Below, in pieces: positions 40,104 to 54,329 of a stretch of DNA of 64,000 nt. Within the stretch, counting starts at the first letter, position 1; every line of letters begins with the position of its first letter. Origin of the DNA: Octopus vulgaris (Eukaryota); the NCBI GenBank assembly GCA_951406725.2, contig OX597833.1:37696001-37760000 (forward strand), in the 5' to 3' direction. The notes beneath the pieces were generated by a model that saw only the letters and a list, made by a program, of their open reading frames with translations, was not told the origin of the DNA and did no database searches. Made by a program: the position numbers and the translations under genes.

Positions 40104-40648
40104 AGTGCGAGAGCAGTGCATGCCATCGAAGCAACACTGGGGTAAAATATACGAAGCCCAGTATACCCATCATGACTACCCCCCTGATAAGGGTATACAA
40201 GGCACATGCAGCATAACCATATGTGCGCGACATGGTGATCTCATATCAAGATAAACAGCACATGACCTTGCAGGTGGTGCCCAGTTAGAACTTCCTTCTG
40301 GTCAAGTAACCCATCCCATTCAAAAGGTCCCCGAATAAGGATTGTTTAAGGATGTTGAACAAAACACCTATGTTTCCTGAGGTGAATTATTCAAACCCCA
40401 AAGAATCCCCCTCAACACATGACTATGATGCTTCCCCACTACTTCTGCTTGTGATCAGAGATGCACATATCATCAGCCACTAAGGGACATGGTCAACTGG
40501 TTAAGGTTAAACAACTGACAAGCAAATCTGTGGTACTGAGTAGAATATTTGCTGTAGCCCATCTTTTATACCAACGTACATGATAACACTTCCAATCAGT
40601 TAAGATCAGAAGCCTCGAGAGCCACTGCCTGGTACTGCATCAGGGCAT
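40104..40648. mobile_element. ~555-bp (TAA)n-associated element, copy 2
   Basis: Reverse complement of 30752-31308. (TTA)n on both sides. Confidence 0.8.
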
Positions 40649-41434
40649 TTATTATTATTATTATTATTATTATCTAAGGTGGTGAACTGGCAGGATTGTT
40701 AGCATGCTGGATGAAATACTTAGCAGTATTTCGCCCATCACTATGTTCTGAGTTCAAATTTTGTTGAGGTTGGCTTTGCCTTTCATCCTTTCTGGGTCGA
40801 TAAATTAAGTACCAGTGGAACACTGGGATCAATGTAACTGATTTATCACCTCCCCCAAAATAGCTGCACTTGTGCCAAAATTTGAAACCATTATTATTAT
40901 AAGTTTATTTGTCAGAGTTCTTTTGTCACACCAACAATCACTTCCTACCATGTCTCATCTTGTGCCCTGCCTATGCCAGTTTGTCTTTCTGTGGTACGTA
41001 TCTCTATCTGCACCTATGTTTACATCTGTGTGTGTGTGTATGTGTGTGTGTGTGTGTGCGTGTGTGTAATGTGTATGTATGAATGTGTCTTGTATGTTTG
41101 TATATTACACAGTTTGAACCTGTGTTGTTTTCCCCTCATCTTGTTTTTAGTCATCAGGGTGCATAGTGTAGTGAGGTGAGTGGGCACTATTACTCCATTT
41201 ATGTTTTCTGTTAAGGATTGATGTCAACAATGCAAAAGAAAAAAGAAAAGAAAATTAAGGAAAACCATTTTATTACTTCAAAAAAATTGTTTTTTGATTT
41301 ACTAATCACATAAAATCCACAGTTTATAACAGGATTTTAATAGTAAATGGACGGAAAACTGAATAGAATTTGATATTGCTATTTCCATTGATAAAATATC
41401 CTGATTTAACTATCAAAAATATTTTTTGAAAGAA

Positions 41435-41480
<46 letters not shown>

Positions 41481-42139
41481 TCTCCAATAATGGATAGAAT
41501 AGAAATAAAAGATCCAGACAAGGATCTTTTAGCGATTGCAATTTTTTTTTTTTACTTTATTCATACATGTGGTCAATAAATGAAAATATAAAGAGGACAG
41601 GAAGTTATGGGCAAGGAAAATAAAAATGATGGGAAAATCATGAAAAAGATGAACAACATCAAATCAAACCAGATTTTGGTTCAATTTAAGCAGATAATTT
41701 CTAATTAGAAATTATTAATTAGAGAAAAAAAACTTATCTACTTTAGACTTATTTTGCATTTGTAATATATAAAAAGGAGTGTGTGTAACACACCTGTATG
41801 CACACACACACACACACAAACACACAAACAAACAAACAATAATTGCTCCTAACATAGGTAGAAAGCTAGAAATTTGGTGGAAGGGGTAAAAGGATTAAAC
41901 TGATCTTAGTAATTTCACTGGTACTTTATTTTATGAAATTGTCCAGTAAAACAAAATACTATAAAATATTTCTTGTGTGTTTTACAGATATTTTAGATTA
42001 TTAACAGTGTAACAATGTAGTTAAAAATGATAAGATCAATATTAGCTGAATTCTCCCCTAAGTATTTCAAATATTTATTTTATCTTCTTACCATTATTGT
42101 TAGAATCCATAAAGCTACAAAGAAAAGATCGACAATGTG

Positions 42140-42301
42140 CTGTATGGTAGTGGCTGTATGGTAAGAAGCTTGTTTCCCAACCACATGGTCCTGAGTTCAT
42201 TCCCACTGTGTTGTACCTTGGGCAAGTAACTTGGTCGATCAAAAGCCTCAGGTCGATCAAAACCTTGCGAGTGAATTTGGTAAACAGAAACTGAAAGAAG
42301 C

Positions 42302-42358
<57 letters not shown>

Positions 42359-42560
42359 TTGCATCTGTGTTTGCCACACAGTGTTGGTGTGTTTACGTCC
42401 CCATAGCTTAGCAGTTTGGCAAAAGAGACCAATAGAATAAGTACCAAGGTTAAAAAAAATAAATAAGTACTGGCAGTTGATACATTCAACTAAAAAACAG
42501 TTCAAGGCATTGCTCCAGCATGCCTGTAGTCTAATGACTGAAACATATAAAAATAAAAGT
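42140..42560 (+). mobile_element. SINE family A copy (diverged)
   Basis: Collinear with 23008-23405. Confidence 0.7.
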
Positions 42561-43892
42561 GCAACAATCTTTTTTTTAAGCAAAAAAATTATATATATCT
42601 AAGCCTCTAAAATTCAAAGTATTTTCAAGTGATTGAATGGAAAGCTCCTGAGAGTCCTTTGCAAAGGATTAGAAAAAAAGGGCTGTTGTAGGGGAGGAGA
42701 AAATAAAAATGCAGAAACTAAAAGTGTCATGTGTCTGTTTTATATGTTTGAAAAGCTAAAATGGAAGTATAACATACAGATTTGTTTAGGTGAAAAAATA
42801 TACTTTCCAAAGTGAAACTGGACCAGCACCAAGTTTATATAAAACTGCCTTTGCAGTATATGCATAAGCTGCATTATGAAATGCAAATGGATAACAAGTT
42901 TAAATTTAGGTCTTATGTCAAGTTGTTCCGTTTTATAAATGCTACCATTATAGATTGTGAAACATTTCTGGCTCTAAGCATATCAGATAAAGAATTATCA
43001 ACTGTATTGTTTATTTTGAAGCTTGTTTAAAAATATAACACTTGCTTATTGAAAGATTGCACATTTCCTGCATTGCACAATAACAAAGAAACAAGCACAC
43101 CTGATGCTTTATATAAATTATTTTTATTGTTATTATTATTATCGTTAAGAAGGTGGCGAGCTGGTAGAATCGTTAGCACACTGGATGAAATGCTTAGCAG
43201 TATTTCACCTGTTGCTACAGTCTGAGTTCAAATTCTGCCGAGGTCAACTTTGCCTTTCATCCTTTCAGGGTTGATAAATTAAGTACCAGTGAAACACTAG
43301 GGATCAATGTAATCGACTATCTCCCTCCACAAAATTTCAAGTCTTGTGCCAATAGTAAAAAAGATTATTCTTATCATTAAGTATGAGACAGCAAACAGGC
43401 AAAATCAGATTGGACAAAATTTTCTACCAGATCTTTACATGCTGAGCCCAAATCTATTAATGTCAACTTTGCCCTTCTAGGGACAATGTAATTGGCTAAA
43501 CACCTTCCCACTAAAATTGCTGACTTTAAACCAAAATTTGAAAACATTACTATAATCTTTTATCATATTAGTACTAAACATAATGAATGATAGTAATTTG
43601 GTCCAATAAATATAATCAGTAGCGGGCATAATAAACTGATTAATAGTTATAAGCTGGCCATTGACTGAGGTGAATTTTGGCAATGTGGTTCATGTACACT
43701 TAGTTCATTTCTTAAATGTTTGTTTTTCCATGCTAGCATGGGTTGGATGAGGGCTTATTAGAGGCAGCATTTGACAACTGAATGCCTTTCCTGTTGCCAA
43801 TCCTTAACCGTTTTCCAAGTGAGATATGTTTTACTACACTGGACTTCAAATGTGATCAGTCATGATATCAACAAGGAATGTGAACGTTTATG

Positions 43893-43923
<31 letters not shown>

Positions 43924-45721
43924 TTGTATTCAATACAGAGAAATGTCAAGAAAATTCTGACCAAATATATTTTTCTGTTGTATTTTTTCCACAGTTTTCT
44001 TAAGAAAGAATAAATATGAAGAATCTTTAGAAAAATGTGGTCAATATTTTGACATTGGGATCAATTATGGTTAAAGCTATGTTTTCCCATGAAAGACATC
44101 ATTGCCGACTTAGATGCAGTTGAACTCCAAATCACATCCATTAACATTTCAACCATTTTTTTTTTTGTCAGTAAAAATAGTCTATTTAAAAGAGTGGTTC
44201 TCAACCTTTTATAGCTCAGTTCCACTTTCAAAGAAAAGCACCCTCTCTTTTTCATGTTTAAGAGAAACAAAAAAACCTAAAAAGCAGCAGATTATTTTAA
44301 CCAAATAGAAGCTAATTTTGTGCAGCAGTTTATTAGTCCACTTAACATGTTTCTCTTTTTAAATGTTTTCATGGAGCAATGCCCTTAATCTTTTAGTATT
44401 TAAACCAGCCATATCCAGCCCAAATATTCTACCTGTTTTATGTTCAAACATCTGGCCTCTCACACTTACCCTACAATGGTTTTCTAAAAGTGTACAATCA
44501 AATCATCAAAATTTCAAAGCTACGAGATAGTGCATGATTAATTTTTAAAAGAGTGACAAAACAAGCATTGGATTTTTGACAGAATAATCTAAACGCTAAA
44601 GGGCTGAAGACAGTGAGGACATATACAATGAAAGTATATTGGAACTCATTACACCATCAGTCCTGTTTCTGTTTTATTCTAATTCTGACAAAGATTTTAT
44701 TGTGCTGGGTTTAGATGATCTATTTCTAAGAAAAAGCGTGCCACCTCTAAACACCCGCTGTCCTCTCATAGCATGCCCTTGGCATTTGCTACCCCATGTG
44801 TGCACACAAAATTCCCCTACCAATAGGATGTTATCATTTAGGTCAAGAACCACTGAACTAGTAACCAATGTGTCCTTTATTTAAGATGATACAGTGTGAT
44901 TTGGGGGAGATTTTTCACTGCTTTTTCTAGCAGGTAGAATGAATGCTTATGGACTCCCTGTCTGGTTTGTGAAAGACATTATAGAAGCATGTAAAAATTT
45001 AATAAAGTATACATATAAACATCCCCATACATCTCCATACTCTCTCATTCACTTACACACTCATAGAAAAGACAGCGTTGTATAATTTGAAACATACACA
45101 TGCAAGCATGTATCTGACTCATACACTGTTCACTTTCCAGACATTTGTACATTACTGCATATGCTTTATATGCACTTTTGAGAAGTTGTGGTGCACCTGA
45201 GCTCTGTATACAATAATTTCATTATTATTATTATTAATATTATTTTATATAATTTGCGACATAAATATGATTTTTGATATGCTCAGTCACCAGTTTAAAA
45301 AAAAAAGGGAAAAATATGACAACAAAATAAACAAGTTTAAATCAAAATATAACTTTGACAAATCAGTATAAATAAATTGAAAATATATAACAAAAGTTAT
45401 ATATTTTTAGTAGAGAAAAAAAAGAAAGATTCAGCTTTGAGAGTAAAATTGAAATAATTCATGGACGGAATTTGTAAAGTTGAAGTTTTTTTTGTAAAAT
45501 GGATCTACTACAATTTTTTTAGTTATCATGTAAACAATTATTCATCATTTATGGCTGAGCTTTGAAAAAGAGTTACAAAAACCCTAGCCAGAATGGAGAT
45601 TGATTGTGTTTTGGATGGTTTAATATGAAGTTTGAAGAGAGAGGGTTTGTGAAATGTATAAAATATGCATATAGAGACAGCACGTATATCTCTGAGTAAT
45701 TTCCACGAGTGATCTGTTAAT

Positions 45722-45757
<36 letters not shown>

Positions 45758-45953
45758 TGTTTCATTTTTTTTTACATGTTTCAGTCATTTGACTGCAGCC
45801 ATGCTGGAACACCACCTTTAGTCGAAGAAATCGACCCCAGGACTTATTCTATCAGTGTCTTTCACCAAACCACTAAGTTCTGGGGAAATAAATAAATCAA
45901 AATCAGTTCTCAAGCAATGGTGGGGAAACAAACACAGACACAAAGACACACAC

Positions 45954-46000
<47 letters not shown>

Positions 46001-47399
46001 CATACATACACACACACACATGTAAACACAGAGGTGCAAAACAAGTGTGTATGCATAGCCCCCGGTTCAGTCATGTTGTGTCACACCTTGACCAAATGTC
46101 TTCTACTCTAGCCTTGTGGGTGGATTTGATAGATGGAAACTGAAACAAGCCCATTGTTATTGTGTGTGTGTGTCCCACATCAATACTTGACAGCAGGCTG
46201 GTGTGTTTAAAAAAGGTGCTGGGGTCGATTCATTTGACTAAAAATTCTTCAAGGTGGTGTCTCAGCATGCCCATAGTCTCATGACTGAAACAAGTAAAAG
46301 AATATAAATATATATATATATATACATATATGCATACAATGAACAGAATATTTATATGGGCAGTAATATGAAAATGAAAAAAAAGGACAAAACAAACCCA
46401 CAATCATAACTGTATGCATGTACATTGTCTGATTTATGAATGTATGCTTTACAAAAATGTATTCTGTTTCAGAGAAAAAAAATCAAAAACAGTTCTCACG
46501 AAAAAAAAAAAAGGACGGATTTCTCAAAGTAGATTTGAATGGTGTCTGAGCACCATTTCTCATACAAATTAATCCCTTCTGGAGTCTACAAACTACCGAG
46601 TTAGTCATTGTTGCCCAGTCAGTTTAATGATGTATAATTATTGTATTTATAACCAAGCAAACTAAAAGATTAGTGTGTATAGTTTCACTGTTCTACTATA
46701 TGAATCTGAGCAGTGAACAACACTCTATGGTTAGTCATGGATCAGTCAAGAAAGAAAGGCAATGATTTCATGATACATGTCGACCAGGGAATTGATATGT
46801 AGTTTATTGGATCACAGCGGTGAGATTAACTCCTCTTAAGAAAGAACATTAATCTGACAAAGTACTGCAAGAACCTTGCTGTATCAGAAACAGTAAGACC
46901 TTTTGCTGCCTAACAACCAAACTGAATATTCAGTTAGGGAACTAAAATGAAAATAGGTGATGGTCCCAGAAGGAAATATCACATCTCTTCAATCTCCAAA
47001 GATACAGAGAGAAGTATTAGTATAATGTTTGTCAGTAGTAACTGATATCAGACTGAAGTGGTGGCTTGATGTAAGAATAGCTCTGTATCTGTAGACTCAA
47101 TAAATACTGTTTAACACTGATTTCATTTTTGTGTGTATATATTATGTGTATGTTTAGGTGTGTTTCAATGTATGTATATGTAAAAATGCAGACAGAACAT
47201 ATATTATCTGAGTAATGCATGGGTATATAATAGATACAAAATATACATGTCAAATACATACATAAACAAAGATGTGTATGTTTGTGTATACATATACAAG
47301 TATAGTGGCACAAACACACATGACATAGGAATTTAGTATATATGAATTTAGTTTTATAGGTAGGCATCCATTAGTGCTTGGTTCTTAGTGTTCTCCTAT

Positions 47400-48450
47400 A
47401 TATTATAGTTATCCAAGCCATAAAAGAGTAACTTTAGTCCAGCTGTTGGAGGAAACTCTGGTATGATGATGACTCGGTTCTTAATAAATGAATCTGTCAA
47501 AAGAGCAGAGAAGGGATTTGAAACATAAAAGTAGAAATGAAGTCAGTAGGAATTCCAAAAGTGTACCCAATGTAAGTTGTGGGTGCACAAAAAGGGGTGC
47601 AGTGGGATCACTGGTGACAGAGAAGACTAGTGCATGCAGCAGATATACAAGAGAGTTAGCAGTAGGAGCAGTCAGGGACAAAACAAATATTTTAAGTTCT
47701 TGGAGGATTCCTTAGAAATAATCAATTGCTTCCATTACATTACAGAGGAAAAGGTTTTAAGCCAGATTAAAAAATGAAGAGGAGAAAAACTCAAACATAG
47801 CAACATGTGTGTGTATGTGTGTTTGTGTGTGCATGTGTGTGTGTGCATGTACACACACACACACACACACACACAGAGATATAGATATGCCAACATGCAA
47901 ACACTCACACATATTTGCCTGCATATATTTCTGTGTGTATGTATGTAACTAGACACATGAATACATGTGTAGTTACCTCTGTTGGCAATAAAGCGACTCT
48001 CTCTCTCTCTCTCTCTCTCGCTCTCTCTCTAAGTGGAGAACAGATTGTATGAAGCATTTGTATGAAACGTGGAGTTGCATAACAGCAAAACATAGCTATT
48101 AGATGCAGGGGATGAGTGAAGGCTGGAGAAAAATGAGATAAGATGGCTCCACTAAATGTGTATTGTCTAGTGCATGTAAATGATGGAACACACAAATGCG
48201 TTGTGAGAGACAGAAACGAGTGTAAGAGGAACAAGATGCAGTGTGCAAGAGATACAGACATTGTGATGTGTATGAAAGATGTCAGTTGTGTAAGAGGTGT
48301 CAAGTGCTCCAAGAGGCAAGGAACCTGCAGAAAAGGAAGACATGGGAAGACGTGGTGAAAGCTGATCTCAGGTATCTGAACCTCATAAAGGAAATAAATG
48401 ACACGTTTTGCACTGAAGAAAACCTAGCCAACCCATAAAATGATGCTGAT
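47400..48450 (+). mobile_element. Highly decayed RTE LINE remnant
   Basis: CTQCKLWVHK.GCSGITG-like segment near 47565 and an RKTWEDVVKADLR 3' segment near 48330. Confidence 0.55.
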
Positions 48451-48553
48451 AATGATTTGTACATATACAGACATGGCAATATATGTTTGTGTGTGTGTGT
48501 GTGTGTGTGTACTGATAGACAGATAGATAAATAGATAGATATGATGGTATATA

Positions 48554-49065
48554 CCATAAATCCTCAAGTATAGTCTGCCATTGTGTGTAATACGCAGGGG
48601 ATTTTTATGGGGCTGTAACTCTGAAAAACCTAAACCTTGTGTATAATACACACCCCTTCTCTAACTTGAGTCAATGAGGTCTATATAACATCCTTGGTTT
48701 GTAAAACTGTATCCGGTAATGTCCTTTATTATTATTGTATATATAACATAATGCAAACGTGTAGCTTTTTTGTGCATTTTGTTTGCAGAAAATAAAGAAA
48801 TAACAGTAATAACGTTTAATAAATGTTGCTTACTGCAAGTTATGGATGATTCTTTTATGACTTAATTGCTTTCAGGCTTAGCTTAAGGTATTTTCGCACC
48901 CGATATCACAAAATGTGTCTGAATAAACATTGCCGGACAGCAAATCGAAACTCAGACATTGCTTAGAAAATAGTTTTCATTTTTAACCTCGTACATAGTA
49001 CGCACTAGGGATTTTGACCTTTAAATTTTGGGGGAAAAATGTGGATTATACTCGAGGATTTATGG
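48554..49065. mobile_element. Tc1/mariner-pogo-type MITE
   Basis: TIRs ccataaatcctcaagtatagtc / gattatactcgaggatttatgg, flanked by TA on both sides. No ORF. Confidence 0.7.
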
Positions 49066-49547
49066 TATTTGTGCGCGCGTGTGTGTATATACAAATATAG
49101 ATATGCCAACATGCAAATAATCACACATATTTGTCTGTCTGTATCTTTGTGTGTATATGTATGTAAACTAGACATACATATGCATGTAGTTACAAATAAA
49201 TAAAGAGGAGTAAACATACATATTATATTTCTCTATGTAAGCTGCAGAACAGTAATATCTTCATTGAATGAAATGGATTTTTGGAACAAAAAAAATATTT
49301 CAGTGGTGGGGGAAAAAAATTGACATCACTGTTCACAATGCATCTTATTTAGATTTATAAAATAGTACTTTATTGACTGTTACTGATTGCTGCAATGGGT
49401 GGTCATTGAAAACAATTGCAACACACCCTGCAATGGGCGCTGTTTCAGCAGGGTCACATCAATTAGTTGTAGCCAGTAAAAGAAATATATATATATACAC
49501 ACACACACATATATATATGCTATATATGCATATATAACATATGTATG

Positions 49548-49625
<78 letters not shown>

Positions 49626-50304
49626 AAGAGAGAGACATGTTTGTATGCGAGTCATCATTATCATTATCACATAACATCTGTTTTCTATGCTTGCATGGGT
49701 TGGAATGTTCAACAGGATCTGACAAACCAGAAGATGCATCAAGCTTGCTTTCACAAAATCTCTACAGCTGGATGCCCTTCCTAACACCAACCACCTTGTA
49801 CAGAGTGCTTGCTACCTTTTTTTTGACAAGGCACTGGTATTAGTGAGATCACCAAGTAACTCACAAAAAAAGACCTCTCAACTGAGTACTAAGTACTAAG
49901 GCAGGTGGCTTTTATACACACACACACACACATTCACACACGTACAAATGAACTCTATAAATCACATCAAAGCCTGCCTATCAAGGAAAGCATTAACTCT
50001 GAATAACAAATATTACGGGTGGAGGAGACTCTTTAATCCTCCTACAGACAAACCCCTATAGCACAAGTGGTAAGATAAAATATACTCTGTTCATGGTGTG
50101 AAGTGATTGGTAAAAGGAACAGCTTTAAATTGTAGAAATCATGTGAAAAGAAATGTGACATAAAAAACAACAAAGATTAATGTTGTTTCCTATATATGAC
50201 AAAAGACTGTAGTAAGTGATGAGAATGAAATGTTGTATGCCCAACATGAAAAGCTGATGTAAATAATAATGCTACTGCTGATCATATATATATTTGTATA
50301 TATA

Positions 50305-51581
50305 TTGGGTCATCCCATAAATAATGCAGGTTTTTTGAATTACATGAACTAAAAGTCAGAGGAAACAGGACAAATTACCTGCATCAACTTGCTATAAAGT
50401 CAGGTAGTAATTTTATCTTGTACTTATTCTTAATGCAAGTTTTGAAGAGTGCAGTTTGATTTTAACAGTTACTTTTTCAGAGCTATGATGGAAGGGACAA
50501 AGGAGCACATTCGGCATATTTTGCTTTATGAGTTTAATAAAAGCAACAATGCAATGGAAAGTGCAAGGAATATTAATGCAGTATATGGGGATCGGACAAT
50601 AAGCATAAGCCAGTGTCAAGGGTGGTTCCAGAAATTCTAAGCCGGAAACAGCCTAGAAGACGTGCTTTGTCCTGGAAGATCTGTAGAGCTCAATGAGAAT
50701 GTCCTGCAAACCCCAGTGGAACAAAATCCCATTGTAACTGTTGAGGAGAAGTTTGGATTTGGTCATTCAACCATTCATCAACACCTGTGTGCCATTGGAA
50801 AAGTTAGAAAAATTAGGTCAATGGGTTCCTCACAAACTTTCCGAGTCTAATTGTGTGCAAAGAGTGAATGTGTGCTCTTTTTTTCTGTCAAGTCTCATGA
50901 ACCAACTTTTTTTGGACCAAATAGTGACTGGTGATGAGGAATGGGTTCTCTATAAAAATATCAAATGCCAAAGAAAGTGGGTAGGGAAAGGAGAAACACT
51001 GGGTACCACAGGCTAAAGAAGGTCTTCACCCACATAAGGTATTGTTATCTGTTTGATGGGATATGAAAGATTTAGTCCACTTTGAACTTTTAAACTCAAA
51101 CCAAACAATAACAAAGGAGATCTACTGTGAGTAGCTTGAGCAGCTTATGTCAGTGCAAGAAGAAAAATGACCGTTTTTGGTTTCAAGACGAAAGGTGTTC
51201 TTCCATCAGGATAATACTTGGCCACTTGCAGCGAGGATGACATTCCAAAGGCTGGAGCAGTTTGCATGGGAAACAATGCCCCACCCACCATATTCGCTGG
51301 ACGTTGCCCCATCTGATTATCATTTATTCCACAGTCTTCAAAATCATTTGGACGGAAAAAATATGAATTCTGCAGAGGAAGTCAGAACAGTACTAGAGGA
51401 ATATTTTTCGTCCGGACAAGTGAATTTTGGAAGAGGGGCCTTGCAAGTATACCAAATAGATGGAAGAAAATTGTAGAAAATGAAGGAGAGTATATTTTAG
51501 ATTAAAAAAGAACCTTGTTTATCTTAACTTTAAAAGTTGAAAGAAGTATAAAAAAACCGCATTATTAATGGGATGACCTAA
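50305..51581 (+). mobile_element. Full-length inactive mariner transposon
   Basis: ~30-bp TIRs (ttgggtcatcccataaataatgc / gcattattaatgggatgacctaa), TA TSD, 1277 bp. Confidence 0.9.
50485..51504 (+). pseudogene. Mariner DD34D transposase pseudogene
   Basis: Motifs WFQKF, WVPHKL, IVTGDEEW, FHQDN and HPPYSLDVAPSDYHLF. Multiple stops and frameshifts. Confidence 0.88.
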
Positions 51582-51839
51582 TATATATTAATATATTGTA
51601 GTATGCTTTTAAAATGCTTAAAAATATTTTGTATAAAAATTAAGAGAATTCATTTTAAGGTGAACAGAGAGTGGTTTAAAATTTTGGTCCTAAAATTGTG
51701 AACTCTTGTTTTCGAAATGTTCTCTTTCCTTTTGAAAATAATCAGAGTAGATAAAAGGACAAGGGATATAGAAAAGGATGGACGGAGTTCAATGGTAAAG
51801 TTCAACTCTTTGAAGAGAATTAATAATTGTTCATCTGTC

Positions 51840-52122
51840 TCAGCAAGGCAATGTGAATGCTAAAGGTTTTTCAATACTGATCTGATTGTTGGCGTCTAGT
51901 TTGAGCTTTGGTGCTTCAGATGTGAGTTTTGGTGTTGATAATCCTAGTGGCTTTGGTGTTGCTAATGCTATCGGCTTTGGTGTTGCTAATGGTAATGGCT
52001 CAAATATGCTGTTCATGTTGTAGCTGACAATATTGCTGCCGCCAATATTATTGTCACCAATGTTGTTGTTAAAGATGTTGTTGTTGCCAAGCTGGTTGCT
52101 GCTGCTGATATTGAGGTAGCTG
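51840..52122 (-). CDS. Gene 2 terminal coding exon F (SYLNISSSNQLGNNN...LATPKP repeats...EKPLAFTLPC*)
   Basis: Acceptor aaaaacag|cag (NAGNAG), phase-2 start matching exon E, 93 open codons to TGA at 51842-51840. Asn-rich, then LATPKP-like repeats. Confidence 0.75.
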
Positions 52123-53356
52123 CTGTTTTTAATGGAGTTAAAGAGAACAACAAAAAAATACCAAATGAAACATGAAAGTCACCTACACAAAGTGCTGTTT
52201 TGGAATTTTCTCAATGACATTTTTGATTGTCTGAGATTGTTCTCATTTTCTTTCCACTAATACTGGGTTTCACCTCTGATTCTTCCTGTACTAAACATTT
52301 AACTCTTTAGCATTTAAACCAGTCATATCTGGTTCAAATATTCAAACTGGCCTCTCACGCCTACCCTACAATGTTTTTCCAAAAATAAACAATTACATCA
52401 TAATCTTGAAGCTTTGAGATAATGCATAATTAATTGAAAATAATGTGAATGAATAAGCATTGCATTTGAAAGAATAATCTGCTTGCAAAAGGGTTAATCT
52501 GTCCTTTCTTCTAAAATCCACCCTCCATCCACACATCCTTTCTACACAAACTGATCTACAGATGTTCAAACTGAACATCAATGGCCATCAGAGAACGTTT
52601 TTGTAAACATCCGACCTACTAGAAATAGCAGCCAAATCTCCCTCAAATTACACTGCTATTTTAGAAAAGGATATATTGGATCATGTTGTCCTGGGTTCTA
52701 TGTACACTGCCAAAAATGGGATGGTCATGGCTGGTATGCCCTTGATCAAAGCTGATCTGGGACTACAAAACAACCTCATTAGTCTGTTCCCCATCCTCAA
52801 AGTAGCTTGTAAGAAAATATATTCTGACAGCTAAAACAGGACTGCCTGACCCTATCAGTCTGAACTTTAGTAAATTGAATGCCTAGAAGGAATTAAAGGA
52901 TGTAGTTAACTCAAAATGGAGAGCAAAAAAATCTAAAAATATGGCTTGCAATGATATAATAGTTCTAATTATAACTATTTCTGATTTAGAAACAAAGTTA
53001 GCAGATTTGAGAGGAAAGAGTTACTCAATACTATCAGCCTTAGCACTTGACTGCTACTTTATTTAACAACCCTGGAGGGATGAAAGGCAAAGTTGACTTT
53101 AGTGGGATTTGAACTCTTAATATAAAGAACCAGAAGAAATACTGCAAAGCAATTTTTCTGATGTGCTAACAATTCTATCAGTAATAATAATGGCGTTTGA
53201 CCAAACCTAAATTTAATTGAGATTCTTTACTTATCTCAGTTTTTGTATTTAGCTTTCATAATTTTTTTTATTAACAAACTAACATTTGTTCAACAACAAC
53301 ACAACCAAAATCAGCACGCACACACAACATTTTCTTTTGAATATTATAAAGGATAC
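52123..53356 (-). other. U12-type (minor spliceosome) GT-AG intron of gene 2
   Basis: 5' splice site GTATCCTTT. Branch-like TCTTTAAC (52144-52137) ends 14 nt before the intron end, with no polypyrimidine tract between it and the AG. Confidence 0.8.
52303..52493. mobile_element. piggyBac-type MITE (second family; related copy ~44385-44605)
   Basis: TTAA flanks, termini ctctttagca / tgcaaaaggg. Internal sequence shared with 44385-44605. Confidence 0.6.
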
Positions 53357-53518
53357 TTTTGATCAGGTATATCAACAGTATAAAACTTTGTAATGTTTGT
53401 AAATGATGCTTGGTCTGGTTTAACAGGCTGTATTTGGCTTCGTTGTTCAGTCAACCAGTCGCTCACAGAAACTGTACCACCATAACTAGTTGGTCTGCGC
53501 AGCTCAAGTAAAAGATCT
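53357..53518 (-). CDS. Gene 2 coding exon E (DLLLELRRPTSYGGTVSVSDWLTEQ...FYTVDIPDQ)
   Basis: Acceptor tttccaattgcag. 162 nt, phase 2 to 2. The donor is the U12-type gtatccttt. Confidence 0.85.
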
Positions 53519-53714
53519 CTGCAATTGGAAATACAAACAGAAATGGTAGCAACAATCAAATATTGACTTCCTACATCCAAAATAGGACAAGTTCTCCTAT
53601 TACAATGTTTTAGTTTGTGTGAAGCAATTTTAGAGTTGAAATAATCAAGTAGGTTCTTGGCACTTAGTAAGTAGAGGAAGAATAGGAAGGGTCCACCATT
53701 ATTATTATTATTAA

Positions 53715-53748
<34 letters not shown>

Positions 53749-53774
53749 TATTATTATCATTGTTGTTGTTATTA

Positions 53775-54329
53775 TTGAGTGAAAGAGCAGTGCATGCCAT
53801 TAATGTGACACTGGGGTAAAATATACAAAGCCCAATATACCTATCATGACTACCCATCTGATAAGGGTATACCAGGTACAGGCTTCACAACCATGTGTGC
53901 GAAATGGTGATCTCATATCAAGACAAACAGTGTAATGACCTTGCAGGTGGAGCCTGGTTAGAATTTTCTTCAGGTTAAGTAGTCCATCCCACACAAAAGG
54001 TCCTTGAATAAGGTTTGTTTAAGGATGTTGAACAAAACACCCATGTTTCTAGACATGAATTATTCAAACCCTAAAGAATTCCTCTCAACACATGGCTATG
54101 ATGCTCCCCAACTACTTCTACTCGTGATCAGAGATGCACATGTTGTCAACAACTAAGGGACATGCTCAACTGATTAAGGTCAAACAACAGACAAGCAAAT
54201 CTGTGGTATTGAGCAGAATAATTGCTGTAGCCCATCTTTTATACCAAGACAAAACATGTACATGATAACACTTCCAATGAGTTAAGATCAAAAGCCATGA
54301 GAGCCACTGCCTGGTACTGCATCAGGGCA
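53775..54329. mobile_element. ~555-bp (TAA)n-associated element, copy 3
   Basis: Reverse complement of 30752-31308. Long (TTA)n on the left, attatt on the right. Confidence 0.8.

Noticed and set aside
44061-44884. Short ORFs as additional exons
   Set aside because: No convincing splice sites or motifs, and they are interleaved with MITE and short repeat fragments.
52214-52285. Alternative terminal exon (EESEVKPSISGKK..*) inside the U12 intron
   Set aside because: The acceptor is weak, there is no U12 branch site, and the open frame is phase-incompatible with exon E.
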